A stretch of DNA of 64,000 nucleotides from Patescibacteria group bacterium (GCA_022574775.1 JACZRI010000003.1:34308-98307), one strand, 5' to 3'. Positions 29,608-39,502 are shown, counted from the stretch's first letter. Translations and numbers: made by a program. Notes: generated by a model from the letters alone, not told the origin.

Positions 29608-29877
29608 GAGCACAGGGTTCGAACCAGAATTAATTGAGCGGAGCGAATTCAGGCAAGATTCGAGGCGCGAGGAGCGATGCGATGCCGAAGTGCATCGTGA
29701 GCGATGAGCAACAAAGAAGCTTGCCTGAATTCGCTCCGCCCGAAGGGAAACTGAAAAATGGCTAATTTCTTTGTTGCTCCTCCTTGAAGTAGTTTCTAAC
29801 TACTCCTTTGTCGTCGCGTCGCGAAATTACCTCATTTTTCAGTTTCTCAATCTGATTTTGGTTCAAATCCTGCGCTC
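29608..29877. mobile_element. 270-nt MITE-like non-autonomous element
   Basis: ~25-nt imperfect terminal IRs (gagcacagggttcgaaccagaatta / tgattttggttcaaatcctgcgctc), TTAG on both flanks, two long internal hairpins, no ORF. Confidence 0.7.
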
Positions 29878-29891
29878 TTAGTTCAAGATAG

Positions 29892-30734
29892 TTATTTTTT
29901 CCTCAATAAAACTTCAGTGTGAGGATAGGCGAATTCTACATCTTTTAATGACCGTACATTTTTAAATATTTCCTGAGTAATCAAGCTTCTTATTTCTTCT
30001 CTGGAAACAGCTGGAGTAAAATATCGAACTAAAACATCAACTCCAGATGCTTGGAACCAGATTCTCAGATATGGCTCTTTCATATTTTCTACGAAATTTT
30101 TAAGAACTTTTTTTGCAGCAAGACTTGCGATTTCTTTCGCTTTCTTAAGATTTGATTCAAAGGTTATCGCAAATTTCACTTCATCCAGAATAGTTTCGCC
30201 TGTCTTTGTATAATTGATTATATCCTCATCAAATAATTTTGCATTAGGGACTAAAATTATTCTTCCTGAATTTTCCTCAGCAGCTATTGTTCCTCCAATT
30301 TCTCCAATATGAATGTGGGTTAATGTTATATCCACTACATCACCTTTCGTTTGACCAATAATTATTCTATCTCCAATCTCAAAAGGCCGTTTAATAACCA
30401 TCATCAGCCAGGCAGCAATACCAGTAATTGGTCTTTGTAAGGCCCAACCTAGAGCAGCCGTTAAAAAACCTGCGGCTATTCCTATTCCAGCTAAAGAACC
30501 AGCATAAGATAGAAAAGCAAAAATTATTATTAAGAGAAAAATTAAATATTGAGCTGCCCGAAAGAAAATTTCAATATTGGAACGCTCTTTTTTTGTTTTG
30601 ACTCTCCGGAGGAATCCCCTTTTCGCTATTCTAAGAAGAAAATTAAAAAGCCAAAATAAAATTATAAAAGTTAAAACTGATCTCAGAATATTTACAACCA
30701 GTTCCAAATTGAGATTGTTAATAAAATCTGCCAT
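29892..30734 (-). CDS. mscS: Small-conductance mechanosensitive channel
   Basis: 3 TM helices, KRPFEIGDRI, GDVVDITL, VPNAKL, EFAYP. Confidence 0.9.
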   Translation of the reverse strand: MADFINNLNLELVVNILRSVLTFIILFWLFNFLLRIAKRGFLRRVKTKKERSNIEIFFRAAQYLIFLLIIIFAFLSYAGSLAGIGIAAGFLTAALGWALQRPITGIAAWLMMVIKRPFEIGDRIIIGQTKGDVVDITLTHIHIGEIGGTIAAEENSGRIILVPNAKLFDEDIINYTKTGETILDEVKFAITFESNLKKAKEIASLAAKKVLKNFVENMKEPYLRIWFQASGVDVLVRYFTPAVSREEIRSLITQEIFKNVRSLKDVEFAYPHTEVLLRKK

Positions 30735-30875
30735 TTTACTTTTTATATTCTTTTGCTAAAATCAATACGGAAGAAGAAAGAGAACCAGACTCAAAATTAT
30801 AATTACAACAAGAATAAGCCAGACTATTTTAAAAATTGGAATTTTCTTCATTGCTATATTGTACCAAAAATAACA

Positions 30876-31283
30876 ATGTTTAAAAAGAGCAAGCTTTCTT
30901 CATCTTTCAGAAGGAAAAAAGAAACTACTTTTTTCAAATCTATTCTTACTCCTATTCTTTCAGGGTTGATGATTTTTGCAGTAATCGGTTTTTTGGTTAT
31001 TACAAATTTTGAGCGGAATAAAAAAAGATCAGAACTTAATTTAAGGATTGAAAATTTGAAAAATGAAATAGAAATTTTAGAAAGAAAAAAGCAGGAGTTA
31101 TCAGCCGGCATCTCTCAAATCTCCACAGAGGAGTATTTAGAAAAAGAAGCCAGAGAAAAATTTAACCTGAAAAAACCAGGAGAGGAGTTAGTGGTAATTT
31201 TGTCTTCGGAGGAAAGCGAGGAAGAAGTGCCTGAAAAAAAGGAAGGCTTTTGGCAAAGATTTTTAGAAAAAATCGGTTTCTAA
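30876..31283 (+). CDS. Septum formation initiator (FtsB/DivIC)
   Basis: Single TM, coiled coil, YLEKEAREKFNLKKPGE; ATG 30876. Confidence 0.85.
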   Translation: MFKKSKLSSSFRRKKETTFFKSILTPILSGLMIFAVIGFLVITNFERNKKRSELNLRIENLKNEIEILERKKQELSAGISQISTEEYLEKEAREKFNLKKPGEELVVILSSEESEEEVPEKKEGFWQRFLEKIGF

Positions 31284-31285
31284 GT

Positions 31286-31356
31286 GCGGGATTAGTTGAG
31301 CGGTTCAACGTGACCTTCCCAAGGTTAAAACGCGGGTTCGACTCCCGTATCCCGCT
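31286..31356 (+). tRNA. tRNA-Gly (CCC)
   Basis: Acceptor gcgggat/atcccgc, anticodon arm tgacc-ttCCCaa-ggtta, T loop ttcgact; CCA not encoded. Confidence 0.93.
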
Positions 31357-31370
31357 TAAGAAACTGATAT

Positions 31371-31442
31371 GCCAGTGTAGCTCAGCGGCAGAGCAGGGCT
31401 TTCGTAAAGCTCAGGTCGTCGGTTCGAGTCCGACCGCTGGCT
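31371..31442 (+). tRNA. tRNA-Thr (CGT)
   Basis: gccagtg/cgctggc, D arm gctcagcggcagagc, anticodon gggct-ttCGTaa-agctc, T loop ttcgagt. Confidence 0.95.
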
Positions 31443-31488
31443 CAATACAAAGATTGATTTTTAATACATTTCGTGTTAAAATAAAAAA

Positions 31489-32584
31489 ATGGAGAATCTT
31501 TTAGAAAAAATCGGCGAATTGTACAAAAAAATCCTTCATCTGGAGGACTGTCTTTGACTTAGCTAAAAAAAGAGATAGAATCGAGGCATTAGAGAAAGAG
31601 ACCCAAGAGTCTGATTTCTGGTCTGATAAAGGAAATGCAGTAAAAATAAGTCAGGAGTTAGCTGGCTTAAAGGGAGAGGTAGAAAAAATTGATGGTTTAA
31701 AAAAAGAATTAGAGCGCTTGAACTTATTGGTGAAAAAGGATAAGGATAAGGATCTGGATTTTACTAAAGACTTTCAAAGCCTGGAAAGAAAGATTAAAAG
31801 CGAGGAAATAATCAGTTTTTTTTCCGGGAGATATGATAAGAATTCAGCCACTTTATCAATTTTTGCCGGGGCTGGCGGGCAAGACAGCCAGGATTTCGCA
31901 ACTATGCTGCTTCGGATGTATGAAAGATACTGTCAGAGGAAAGGATTTGGAACAAAAATTTTACATCAATCATTTGGAGAAGGAGGAGGGCCGGAAGGAA
32001 GAATTGGAATAAAATCTGTTACTTTGGAAATTGAAGGGACTTTCGCTTTCGGGTTTTTAAAAAAAGAGTCAGGAGTGCACAGACTGGTGAGAATTTCTCC
32101 TTTTTCTACGAAAAAGCTTCGCCATACCTCTTTTGCCTTAGTTGAAGTTTTACCGGAGATAGGAAAAGAAGTAGAGGATGAAATAGAGATCAGACCTGAA
32201 GATTTAAGAACTGATTTTTATCGAGCTTCCGGCCCTGGCGGACAGCATGTCAACAAACGGGAAACTGCAGTTAGAATCACCCACTTGCCGACTGGAATTG
32301 TTGTTTCTTGCCAGTTAGAAAGACTGCAGGGAAAAAATCGGGAAAGAGCAATGAAGCAGCTGTATGCAAAACTTTATCAGTTAAAGGGAGAGGAACAGCA
32401 AAAAGAATTATCCAAAATAAAAGGGAAAGCGGTTTCTGCAAGCTGGGGAAATCAGATTAGATCTTATGTGCTGCATCCTTATAAACTGGTAAAAGACTTA
32501 AGAACGAATATAGAGACTTCCAATGTTGAGAGAATTTTCGATGGTTACTTGGACGAATTCATAGAAGCGGAGATAAAGACATGA
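31489..32584 (+). CDS. prfB: Peptide chain release factor 2 with programmed +1 frameshift
   Basis: ATG 31489 reads 22 codons to CTT-TGA-C (31552-31558) with internal SD GGAGG; the +1 frame continues DLAKK..DFWSD into the ORF with SPF and GGQ motifs. Confidence 0.96.
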
Positions 32585-33261
32585 TTAAGTTTCAAAACAT
32601 TACCAAAATCTATAATCATAACACCACCGCAGTTGATGATGTTTCTTTTGAGATAGACGGAAAAGAATTCGTCTCAATTGTTGGCCGTTCAGGGGCGGGA
32701 AAGACGACTTTACTTAAATTACTTTTGGCTGAAGAGAAACCAACGCGGGGGAAAATTTTTTTGGATAACCAAAATGTCCATAAAATAAAACCGGAAGAAC
32801 TTCCCCGACTAAGAAGGAGAATCGGAGTAATTTTCCAGGATTATAGGCTTTTGTCTTCAAAAAACGTTTATGAGAATGTAGCTTATGTCTTGGAAGTGAT
32901 AGGAGCGTCAGACCTTGAGATTTCACGGGACGTTCCCCAAGTTCTGGAGATTGTCGAACTGGCAGATAAGGCCCAGAATTTTTCTAAAGAACTTTCAGGG
33001 GGGGAGCGCCAGCGGGTAGCTATTGCGAGGGCTTTAATCCCAAGACCGGAAATTATTTTAGCTGATGAGCCGACAGGCAACCTAGATCCTTACCACACGA
33101 GGGAAGTTATGAACCTTTTATCAAGAATTAACGAGATGGGAACGACAATTATTTTAGCTACTCATAACAAAGAAGTGATTAATAATTTAGGAAAAAGAGT
33201 AATCACCCTTGAAAAAGGCAGATTAGTGAGAGACGACGAAAAGGGTAGATTTATACTTTAG
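32581..33261 (+). CDS. ftsE: Cell division ABC ATPase FtsE
   Basis: GRSGAGKTT, LRRRIGVIFQDYRLL, LSGGE, ADEPTGNLD; next to ftsX. Confidence 0.95.
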   Translation: MIKFQNITKIYNHNTTAVDDVSFEIDGKEFVSIVGRSGAGKTTLLKLLLAEEKPTRGKIFLDNQNVHKIKPEELPRLRRRIGVIFQDYRLLSSKNVYENVAYVLEVIGASDLEISRDVPQVLEIVELADKAQNFSKELSGGERQRVAIARALIPRPEIILADEPTGNLDPYHTREVMNLLSRINEMGTTIILATHNKEVINNLGKRVITLEKGRLVRDDEKGRFIL

Positions 33262-33264
33262 ATT

Positions 33265-34173
33265 ATGTTAGTTGCGTTAAAAAGAATAATTCATTCTGGT
33301 TGGTTGAGTTTTAGAAGGCAAACAGCTTTATCTTTTGCGACGGTTTCCATTATGATGATGGCCATCTTTTTAATAACTTCTCTTTTTCTTTTGCAGGGAA
33401 TGACGAAATTTTTGATTGCTGATCTGCAAGATAAAGTTGATATTTCAGTTTATTTTAAAAAAGATTCTTCTGAAGAAGACATCTTAAGGGTAAAAGCTGA
33501 ATTATCTGAAAATCCAGAGATTAAAAATGTTGCTTATGTATCAAGGGAAGAGGCATTGGAAAAATTCATTGAAAGGCACAAAGAAGACCAAATTTTAATA
33601 GAATCTTTAGCTGAAGTTGGGGAAAACCCTTTGTTGGCTTCTTTGAATATTAAGGCTTGGCAGGCGAGTCAATATACGGCAATATCAATTTTTTTAGAGA
33701 AAGGGCCTTACCAAGAGCTTATTGAGAAGGTAGATTATTACCGGAATAAAGAAGTTATTGGGAGAATTTTTGAAATTTCTTCAAATATTAACTTAGCAGG
33801 TATTATTTTCAGTCTTATCTTAGGGTTTATTGCTATCGTAGTTGCTTTTAATACTACAAGATTGGCAATTTATAATTCCAGAGAAGAAATTTCCATAATG
33901 AGGCTTGTAGGAGCTTCTAGTTGGTTCGTGCGAGGGCCATTTATCGTTCAAGGAGTAATTGTTGGGGTGATTGCCACTCTTCTTACCGTTTTGGTTTTCA
34001 CTATCGGTGTTTTCTTTTTTAGTTCAAGAATTGATCTTTTCATCCCTGGTTTTAGTCTCTTTGGGTATTTCAAAGCGCATTTCTTTACCTTGCTTTTCAT
34101 CCAGCTTGCAACGGGTGTGGGTCTGGGGGTAATATCTAGCTGGATCGCAGTAAGGAAGTATTTGAAAGTATAA
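33265..34173 (+). CDS. ftsX: Cell division permease FtsX
   Basis: ISVYFK, NPLLASL, REEISIMRLVGAS.WFVRGPF. Confidence 0.95.
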   Translation: MLVALKRIIHSGWLSFRRQTALSFATVSIMMMAIFLITSLFLLQGMTKFLIADLQDKVDISVYFKKDSSEEDILRVKAELSENPEIKNVAYVSREEALEKFIERHKEDQILIESLAEVGENPLLASLNIKAWQASQYTAISIFLEKGPYQELIEKVDYYRNKEVIGRIFEISSNINLAGIIFSLILGFIAIVVAFNTTRLAIYNSREEISIMRLVGASSWFVRGPFIVQGVIVGVIATLLTVLVFTIGVFFFSSRIDLFIPGFSLFGYFKAHFFTLLFIQLATGVGLGVISSWIAVRKYLKV

Positions 34174-34210
34174 TATCCACCTCTTCGGCGGATGCACCGA
34201 TGAGGTGCAT

Positions 34211-34365
34211 TGCGAGGTCGTCTAATGGCCCCGTGTACTATAAAAATTATATTTAGAGCTGGGAGGTCATCTAATGGTAGGATGCAGGCCTCTGGAGCCT
34301 GGCATGATGGTTCGAGTCCATCCCTCCCAGCTGTGGATATAATTTTAGTACGGGGTAAATAGGAC
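34211..34365 (+). pseudogene. Disrupted tRNA-Gln-like gene split in the D-loop by a palindromic element
   Basis: tgcgaggtcgtctaatgg (34211-34228) + taggac (34360-34365) rejoin into a tRNA-Gln acceptor 5' strand and D arm; the 3' half is degenerate. Confidence 0.6.
34260..34330 (+). tRNA. tRNA-Gln (CTG)
   Basis: tgggagg/cctccca, anticodon caggc-ctCTGga-gcctg, T arm gatgg-ttcgagt-ccatc. Confidence 0.93.
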
Positions 34366-34418
34366 TTGGTTCGCCTGCCCCGCTGTGCCTCCCCAGTAAC
34401 CTTGAGCATAGTTCGAGA

Positions 34419-34470
34419 GACCGAGAGGTGTTATTTACGAATTCTAAAATCGCCAAGAAGGCGGTTTTTT
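34419..34470 (+). repeat. Boundary/terminator motif, first copy
   Basis: 46/50 identical to 40873-40922; core aaaatcgccaagaaggcggtttt recurs downstream. Confidence 0.8.
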
Positions 34471-34547
34471 ATATTAAGATAGAATAATTAGAATCTCTGT
34501 GGAAAAATACACTTGACGCCAATTTCATATGAAATATAATTCATACT

Positions 34548-34850
34548 ATGAAGAGGACTATTCGTGAACCATACAAAATATTTTTTGAGACACTCGGGAA
34601 TAAAACGAGGTGGGATATTATCCATTTGCTTCAAAAAGGAAAACTTAATGTAACTGCTATTGTAAAAACTCTTGGCTATGAACAGAGTCTCATCTCTCAT
34701 CACTTAGGGCGGCTTGAAAGATGTGGTTTTGTAGGTGTTGAAATAAATAAGAAAGAACGCATTTATACCTTAAACAAAAAAACAATTAAGCCTCTTTTGA
34801 AACTTATGGACAAACATATAAACAGGTATTGTAAGAATCTTTGCCGATAA
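34548..34850 (+). CDS. ArsR/SmtB family regulator
   Basis: FETLGNKTRWDII, EQSLISHHL..LERCGFV, C-terminal YCKNLC. Confidence 0.88.
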   Translation: MKRTIREPYKIFFETLGNKTRWDIIHLLQKGKLNVTAIVKTLGYEQSLISHHLGRLERCGFVGVEINKKERIYTLNKKTIKPLLKLMDKHINRYCKNLCR

Positions 34851-34854
34851 GTTA

Positions 34855-35829
34855 ATGGAGAGCGACCAACAAAAATCAAAACTTCTTCTCGCTCTAATCG
34901 GTTTTATTCTTTTGGTAATTATCATTGCCGGCCTTTTCTTTTTAGCATTAAGTACGGCAGGGGCGACAAGCTTAGTTCTTTCTTACGTTGCTGGCCTTTC
35001 AATGATTTTCTTGCCCTGCACCCTTCCTCTAGCATTTATCATTGTACCCTTAACAATGGGGCAAAAGCCAAAAAAAGGATTGATAATGGCGCTTCTTTTT
35101 GGCCTTGGCATCTCGATTACCTTAGCGTTCTATGGAGTTCTTACTGCAAGCGTCGGCTCATTTCTTGGAGTGGATAAGGCGACCCGCATTATGTTTACTA
35201 TAGCAGGATTTGCCGCACTCATTTTTGGTCTTTCAGAACTGAAGCTTATTAACTTTACCATGCCGGGGTTTTCTGGAGCCATGCCCTCTTGGATTCAACA
35301 AAGAAAAGATTATACCAAAATCTTTTTTATAGGTTTGTTTCTTGGCAATGCTGGTGTAGGGTGTCCCAACCCGGCATTCTATGTCTTGCTCACCTATATT
35401 GCATCAGTCGGCAATGTAATTACAGGCGGCTGGCTTGCTTTTATTCATGGTGTAGGGAGAGCAACACCTCTTGTTTTCCTTGCCATTTTAGGACTCCTTG
35501 GTATTAATTCTTTGAAATGGATTACCGAGAGGAAGGCATCGGTAGACAAAATTATGGGCTGGGGACTGGTGGGAGTAGGGTCGTTTATCTTGACCTACGG
35601 CATTATGGGAATGAATTGGTGGGAAGACGGCCCTATTCATAAAGCATGGAATGATTTTGTGTTCCGTATTGCGCCAAATCTTGCAGAACTTGAAGGGCAT
35701 GATCTTTTGGTACCGAGAGGATTTGTTGATGCTCCACTATGGGCTGGCTGGGCTTTCTTCTTGGGATTAGTAACACTGAGTATTGTTTGGTACAAGATGA
35801 GAAAAAAGACTGACCAAAACACCGTATGA
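34855..35829 (+). CDS. DsbD/CcdA-type transmembrane protein
   Basis: AGLSMIFLPCTLP and GVGCPNP Cys pair; multiple TM helices. Confidence 0.8.
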   Translation: MESDQQKSKLLLALIGFILLVIIIAGLFFLALSTAGATSLVLSYVAGLSMIFLPCTLPLAFIIVPLTMGQKPKKGLIMALLFGLGISITLAFYGVLTASVGSFLGVDKATRIMFTIAGFAALIFGLSELKLINFTMPGFSGAMPSWIQQRKDYTKIFFIGLFLGNAGVGCPNPAFYVLLTYIASVGNVITGGWLAFIHGVGRATPLVFLAILGLLGINSLKWITERKASVDKIMGWGLVGVGSFILTYGIMGMNWWEDGPIHKAWNDFVFRIAPNLAELEGHDLLVPRGFVDAPLWAGWAFFLGLVTLSIVWYKMRKKTDQNTV

Positions 35830-36080
35830 CATATTCTCCATCAACAAAGACGACATATATCCTTTGGGTTGTTGCCGGAATTGCAGTGTTCGCGCTTATT
35901 ATCATCCTTGGCTTCATATTTTACGGTTTTGTAGTACCGCAGGCGCAAGCCGTAAGCCAATTTGGTACTTTTGTGGTGCTCGGTTTCGTTTTTATAGCAG
36001 GGGTCGCTGCTTTCTTTTCTCTCTGTCCTTTTGCGGTATATTGCCTATTATCTCAACACGGAGACAGAAGAGCACAGTGA
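35826..36080 (+). pseudogene. Truncated third CcdA-like gene
   Basis: AGVAAFFSLCPFAV resembles CcdA TM1; the frame then ends in unrelated sequence. Confidence 0.5.
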
Positions 36081-36440
36081 AAATAAAACCAGCGAGAATA
36101 GAGCTAAATTGAGACACGCCTCAAACCGTTTAATTTCCCCTTGAAACCCAGGTTCTAGACCGAGGATGCCAGCCAGATACTCCGTATTATAATTTTCCTT
36201 TTATTTTTGAGATATTTTATTAGATTTATGGGTTCAGCACGGATAATTTTTTGGTCTTTTACCCAGAATCCATCCCAGAAAAAGCTAAGGTCAAAAACTT
36301 ACGCAGAACTCCTTGTCAGTTTTTATTTAATATCGCCATCACAATAAACGAAACAAATACCATAATTGGTAAATATTCTTCGATTAAATTTTGAATCTTA
36401 TAAATCATAGAATTAAAAGAATTTAAATCAAATTACCTTT

Positions 36441-37019
36441 ATGATATTTCAACAGATGCTGATGGGAGATATGCAAAACTTCACCTACATAATAGGCGAT
36501 GAGAAGGATAAGGTAGCTGCGGTTGTAGATGCCGGTGAGGATACTAATGAGATAATCAAAGCCGTAGAAAGTAAGGGCTTGAAGGTAATCTATGTTATCA
36601 GTACCCACTCTCACTTTGACCACGTTTGGGGCAATGAAAGTTTAGCTGGTAAGATCGGCGCTAAGATTATTGCACACAAGAATTTTCCTCATAGGAAGGA
36701 TGTTGGTGTGGATGAGGGTAATGTCATTGATGTAGGTAGTATTAAGATCAAAGTACTATATACTCCCGGTCATACTGAAGATGCTATTTGCCTTCTGGTT
36801 GATGGTAAGCTTATTACTGGTGATGTCCTTTTTGTTGGTAATTGTGGTAGGACTGATCTTCCTGGTGGTGATGTTGATAAGATGAGGGATAGTCTTAAGA
36901 GATTGATGGAATTGGATGATGGTATAGAAGTTTGGCCTGGGCATGATTATGCTGATAGGAAGTATTCTACTATTGGTAATGAGAAAAGGAGTAATGTTTG
37001 TTTTAAGGAGATTATTTGA
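36441..37019 (+). CDS. MBL-fold hydrolase (glyoxalase II/ETHE1-like)
   Basis: THSHFDH, TPGHT, TGDVLF, GRTDL, PGHDY. Confidence 0.9.
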   Translation: MIFQQMLMGDMQNFTYIIGDEKDKVAAVVDAGEDTNEIIKAVESKGLKVIYVISTHSHFDHVWGNESLAGKIGAKIIAHKNFPHRKDVGVDEGNVIDVGSIKIKVLYTPGHTEDAICLLVDGKLITGDVLFVGNCGRTDLPGGDVDKMRDSLKRLMELDDGIEVWPGHDYADRKYSTIGNEKRSNVCFKEII

Positions 37020-37571
37020 AAAATATCAGCATTTACTAGATAGAAAATTATTAAAAAGGGTAAGAGATAAAGAAGAATTATCATTACGATCTGTTCTAGA
37101 AGGTGTAGAGACAGAGAAGAAAGAAAAATTAGATTCAAAAAATATACCATTTTGAGATACTTTTGAATTCAAATTTTCAAGCCTAAACTCTAAATCGTCC
37201 AGCTAAAAGAGTTTGAGCCGGTGTTTTAACCCCAAACCCCTCTATAAACCAAGTTCTAATACTGTACCATCCCCGCAGTCATTTAGGGCACCTGACCGAA
37301 ACCAGTCTCAAGCCACAAGAAAACCGCCTTGTCCAGGCGGCTTTCTTTTTACTTCTCAACACGCTTGTCTTATATTCTTCAACGAGATTCAACTGGTATC
37401 ATTCATTTCAGATCATGTGAATCTGAAAATACTACAGAGATTTCGGTATCCAGAAAGTCTTTAATCTATATAATATAGTTTCCGAATGCTACTCCCACGT
37501 TTCCCGTAGAGATAGTATTATTCGCTTTATTCTTATCGGTGCTATAATTAATAAGATAACAATTTATTGCT

Positions 37572-38003
37572 ATGCTTGATTCTATAGCTTTTCGTTTTCA
37601 AAAATTCGCGCCTCTCCTTTTACGATTTGGGCTCGCGACGGTGTTTCTGCTTTTTGGAGTGCAAAAACTCATAAATCCAAGCCAGACCACCGTAGAGATT
37701 CAATTGCTTTTAAACTTTGAGTTAGCTGATGCTGCCGCTCTAAGTTTTTATATGGGTTTGTTCGAAATACTAATTGCGCTGGCTTTTATAGTTGGATTGA
37801 AAGTCAGATTTTCTGCACTTGTTTCCAGCCTGCTAATTTCCATATTCTTCATTTCATTTCTTGTAAAATACGGTTTTTCCATTAGCCCCGACCTTTATCG
37901 AGATATAGGGCTCCTAGGAGCTTCTATGGCACTTTTCTTACTTGGTGCGGGACCCTGGAGTATAGATAGTTTGTTACGAAAAAAAGGATATGAATCCCGT
38001 TAG
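37572..38003 (+). CDS. DoxX family membrane protein
   Basis: LLRFGLATVFLLFGVQKL, RDIGLL, GAGPWSID. Confidence 0.85.
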   Translation: MLDSIAFRFQKFAPLLLRFGLATVFLLFGVQKLINPSQTTVEIQLLLNFELADAAALSFYMGLFEILIALAFIVGLKVRFSALVSSLLISIFFISFLVKYGFSISPDLYRDIGLLGASMALFLLGAGPWSIDSLLRKKGYESR

Positions 38004-38092
38004 AGATAACAAGATGTTTTACACTTATCTGACACAAAGCTCAAAAGACCATAAATGGTATAATACGAATATATAAAATTTATAGTGTTATT

Positions 38093-38311
38093 ATGACCAA
38101 AAAAGTTCAATTTTCTATAGAAGGCATGCATTGCGGTTCATGCGCTGCAGGAATAAAAATGGTCTTGGACAATACAGACGGAGTTTTAAGCGCTTCTGCA
38201 GATTGGGACAGCAAAAATGGCGAGGTTGAATATGACGAAGAAAAAATAAAGCTGGAGGATATCTTGAAGGCGATTGGGGAGCTTGGATATAAAGCGACCC
38301 CTAAAAGTTAA
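38093..38311 (+). CDS. Heavy-metal-associated (CopZ-like) chaperone
   Basis: GMHCGSC, LGY. Confidence 0.9.
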   Translation: MTKKVQFSIEGMHCGSCAAGIKMVLDNTDGVLSASADWDSKNGEVEYDEEKIKLEDILKAIGELGYKATPKS

Positions 38312-38347
38312 TAATATATATTTTCTTTAGAAAAAAAATAAATATAT

Positions 38348-39502
38348 ATGAGTGATGAAATTCTTCAGGAGCAAAAGAACGAACTAAGCAACGATGAAGT
38401 GTCTCAAAAAAGAGGAGCTGGGCGTTTTATTTTTGCTTTGTTAACATTCTTCTTTCTCGCTGTTGTAATCGGAGGACTTTTTTGGATTTTTGCGTTAAGC
38501 CCGAGTTCTCCTGTAGGGTTTGGATGGTATCTTTTTGCGTTTGCTGCGGGGCTCTCAATGATTGTTTTGCCATGTACTCTGCCATTGGCATTTGTCATTG
38601 TTCCCATGGTGATTGGGAAAAGTTACGCGAAGGGTCTTGCGACTGCGTTAAGTTTTAGTATTGGGGTCGTGATAACTCTTAGTATGTATGGTATATTTGC
38701 CGCCTTACTTGGCAAGGCAGTATTTGGTTTTTCTGGTGGAAGCGGGGAGATGATTAAAAATATTTTCTATGCGCTTGCGGGAATATTTGCGATTGTCTTT
38801 GCTTTTGGAGAGCTCGGATTTTTAAAAGTGAGAATGCCAAGTTATTCGGGGGCAGTACCCGGATTTATTCAGAAACGTAAAGATATATTAAAGCCGCTGC
38901 TTCTCGGACTATTTTTGGGAAATATTGGTGTTGGTTGTCCTCATCCCGCAACTCCTATGATTTTAGGACAAATTGGCGTTGTAGGAGATGTGTTCTATGG
39001 CTGGCTTTTGTTCTTTGTTCATGCTATTGGAAGGGTAATTCCACTTTTGGTTCTCGCAATGTTTGGAATAATTGGAATTAATGCGACAAAAGCATTGGTT
39101 CGTCATAGAGTAACTATCGCAAAAACAACTGCTTGGGGAATGGTATTTGTTGGTGGTTTCCTCTTCACTCTTGGGTTCTTCGGTCATGATTGGTGGGTAA
39201 ATTCTGGCCAGCATACATTTTTTGAACAGATTGTTCAAGAAGAACGTTTTACCGGAATACTCAAAGGACGTTTAGACAGCGAGGTTATCCATGCCCATAG
39301 GATTGCAGATGGGAAAGGAATGTTCGGGGCGCCTCTTTGGCTCGGGAACTGGGTTTTAGTTGCCCTTTGGGTTCTGCCGATGTGGTGGTATTGGTTGCAG
39401 TCAGGGCGCAGAAAAAAAATGGGAGCACTTTTTGTGGCGATTACTATTTTGTTAGGTTTAATCTTTATTCGTATCTTGCCTAATTGGTTTCTTGGCTTAT
39501 GA
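38348..39502 (+). CDS. DsbD/CcdA-type transmembrane protein (paralog of 34855)
   Basis: AGLSMIVLPCTLP, GVGCPHP. Confidence 0.8.
   Translation: MSDEILQEQKNELSNDEVSQKRGAGRFIFALLTFFFLAVVIGGLFWIFALSPSSPVGFGWYLFAFAAGLSMIVLPCTLPLAFVIVPMVIGKSYAKGLATALSFSIGVVITLSMYGIFAALLGKAVFGFSGGSGEMIKNIFYALAGIFAIVFAFGELGFLKVRMPSYSGAVPGFIQKRKDILKPLLLGLFLGNIGVGCPHPATPMILGQIGVVGDVFYGWLLFFVHAIGRVIPLLVLAMFGIIGINATKALVRHRVTIAKTTAWGMVFVGGFLFTLGFFGHDWWVNSGQHTFFEQIVQEERFTGILKGRLDSEVIHAHRIADGKGMFGAPLWLGNWVLVALWVLPMWWYWLQSGRRKKMGALFVAITILLGLIFIRILPNWFLGL

Noticed and set aside
31261-31514. 16-bp direct repeat ttttagaaaaaatcgg flanking tRNA-Gly/tRNA-Thr
   Set aside because: Low complexity, both copies lie in coding sequence (LEKIG), and there is no other sign of insertion.
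37267-37278. ccatccccgcag as an attR copy of the tRNA-Gln 3' end
   Set aside because: Too short and imperfect to support alone, though its position just before a boundary motif is noted.
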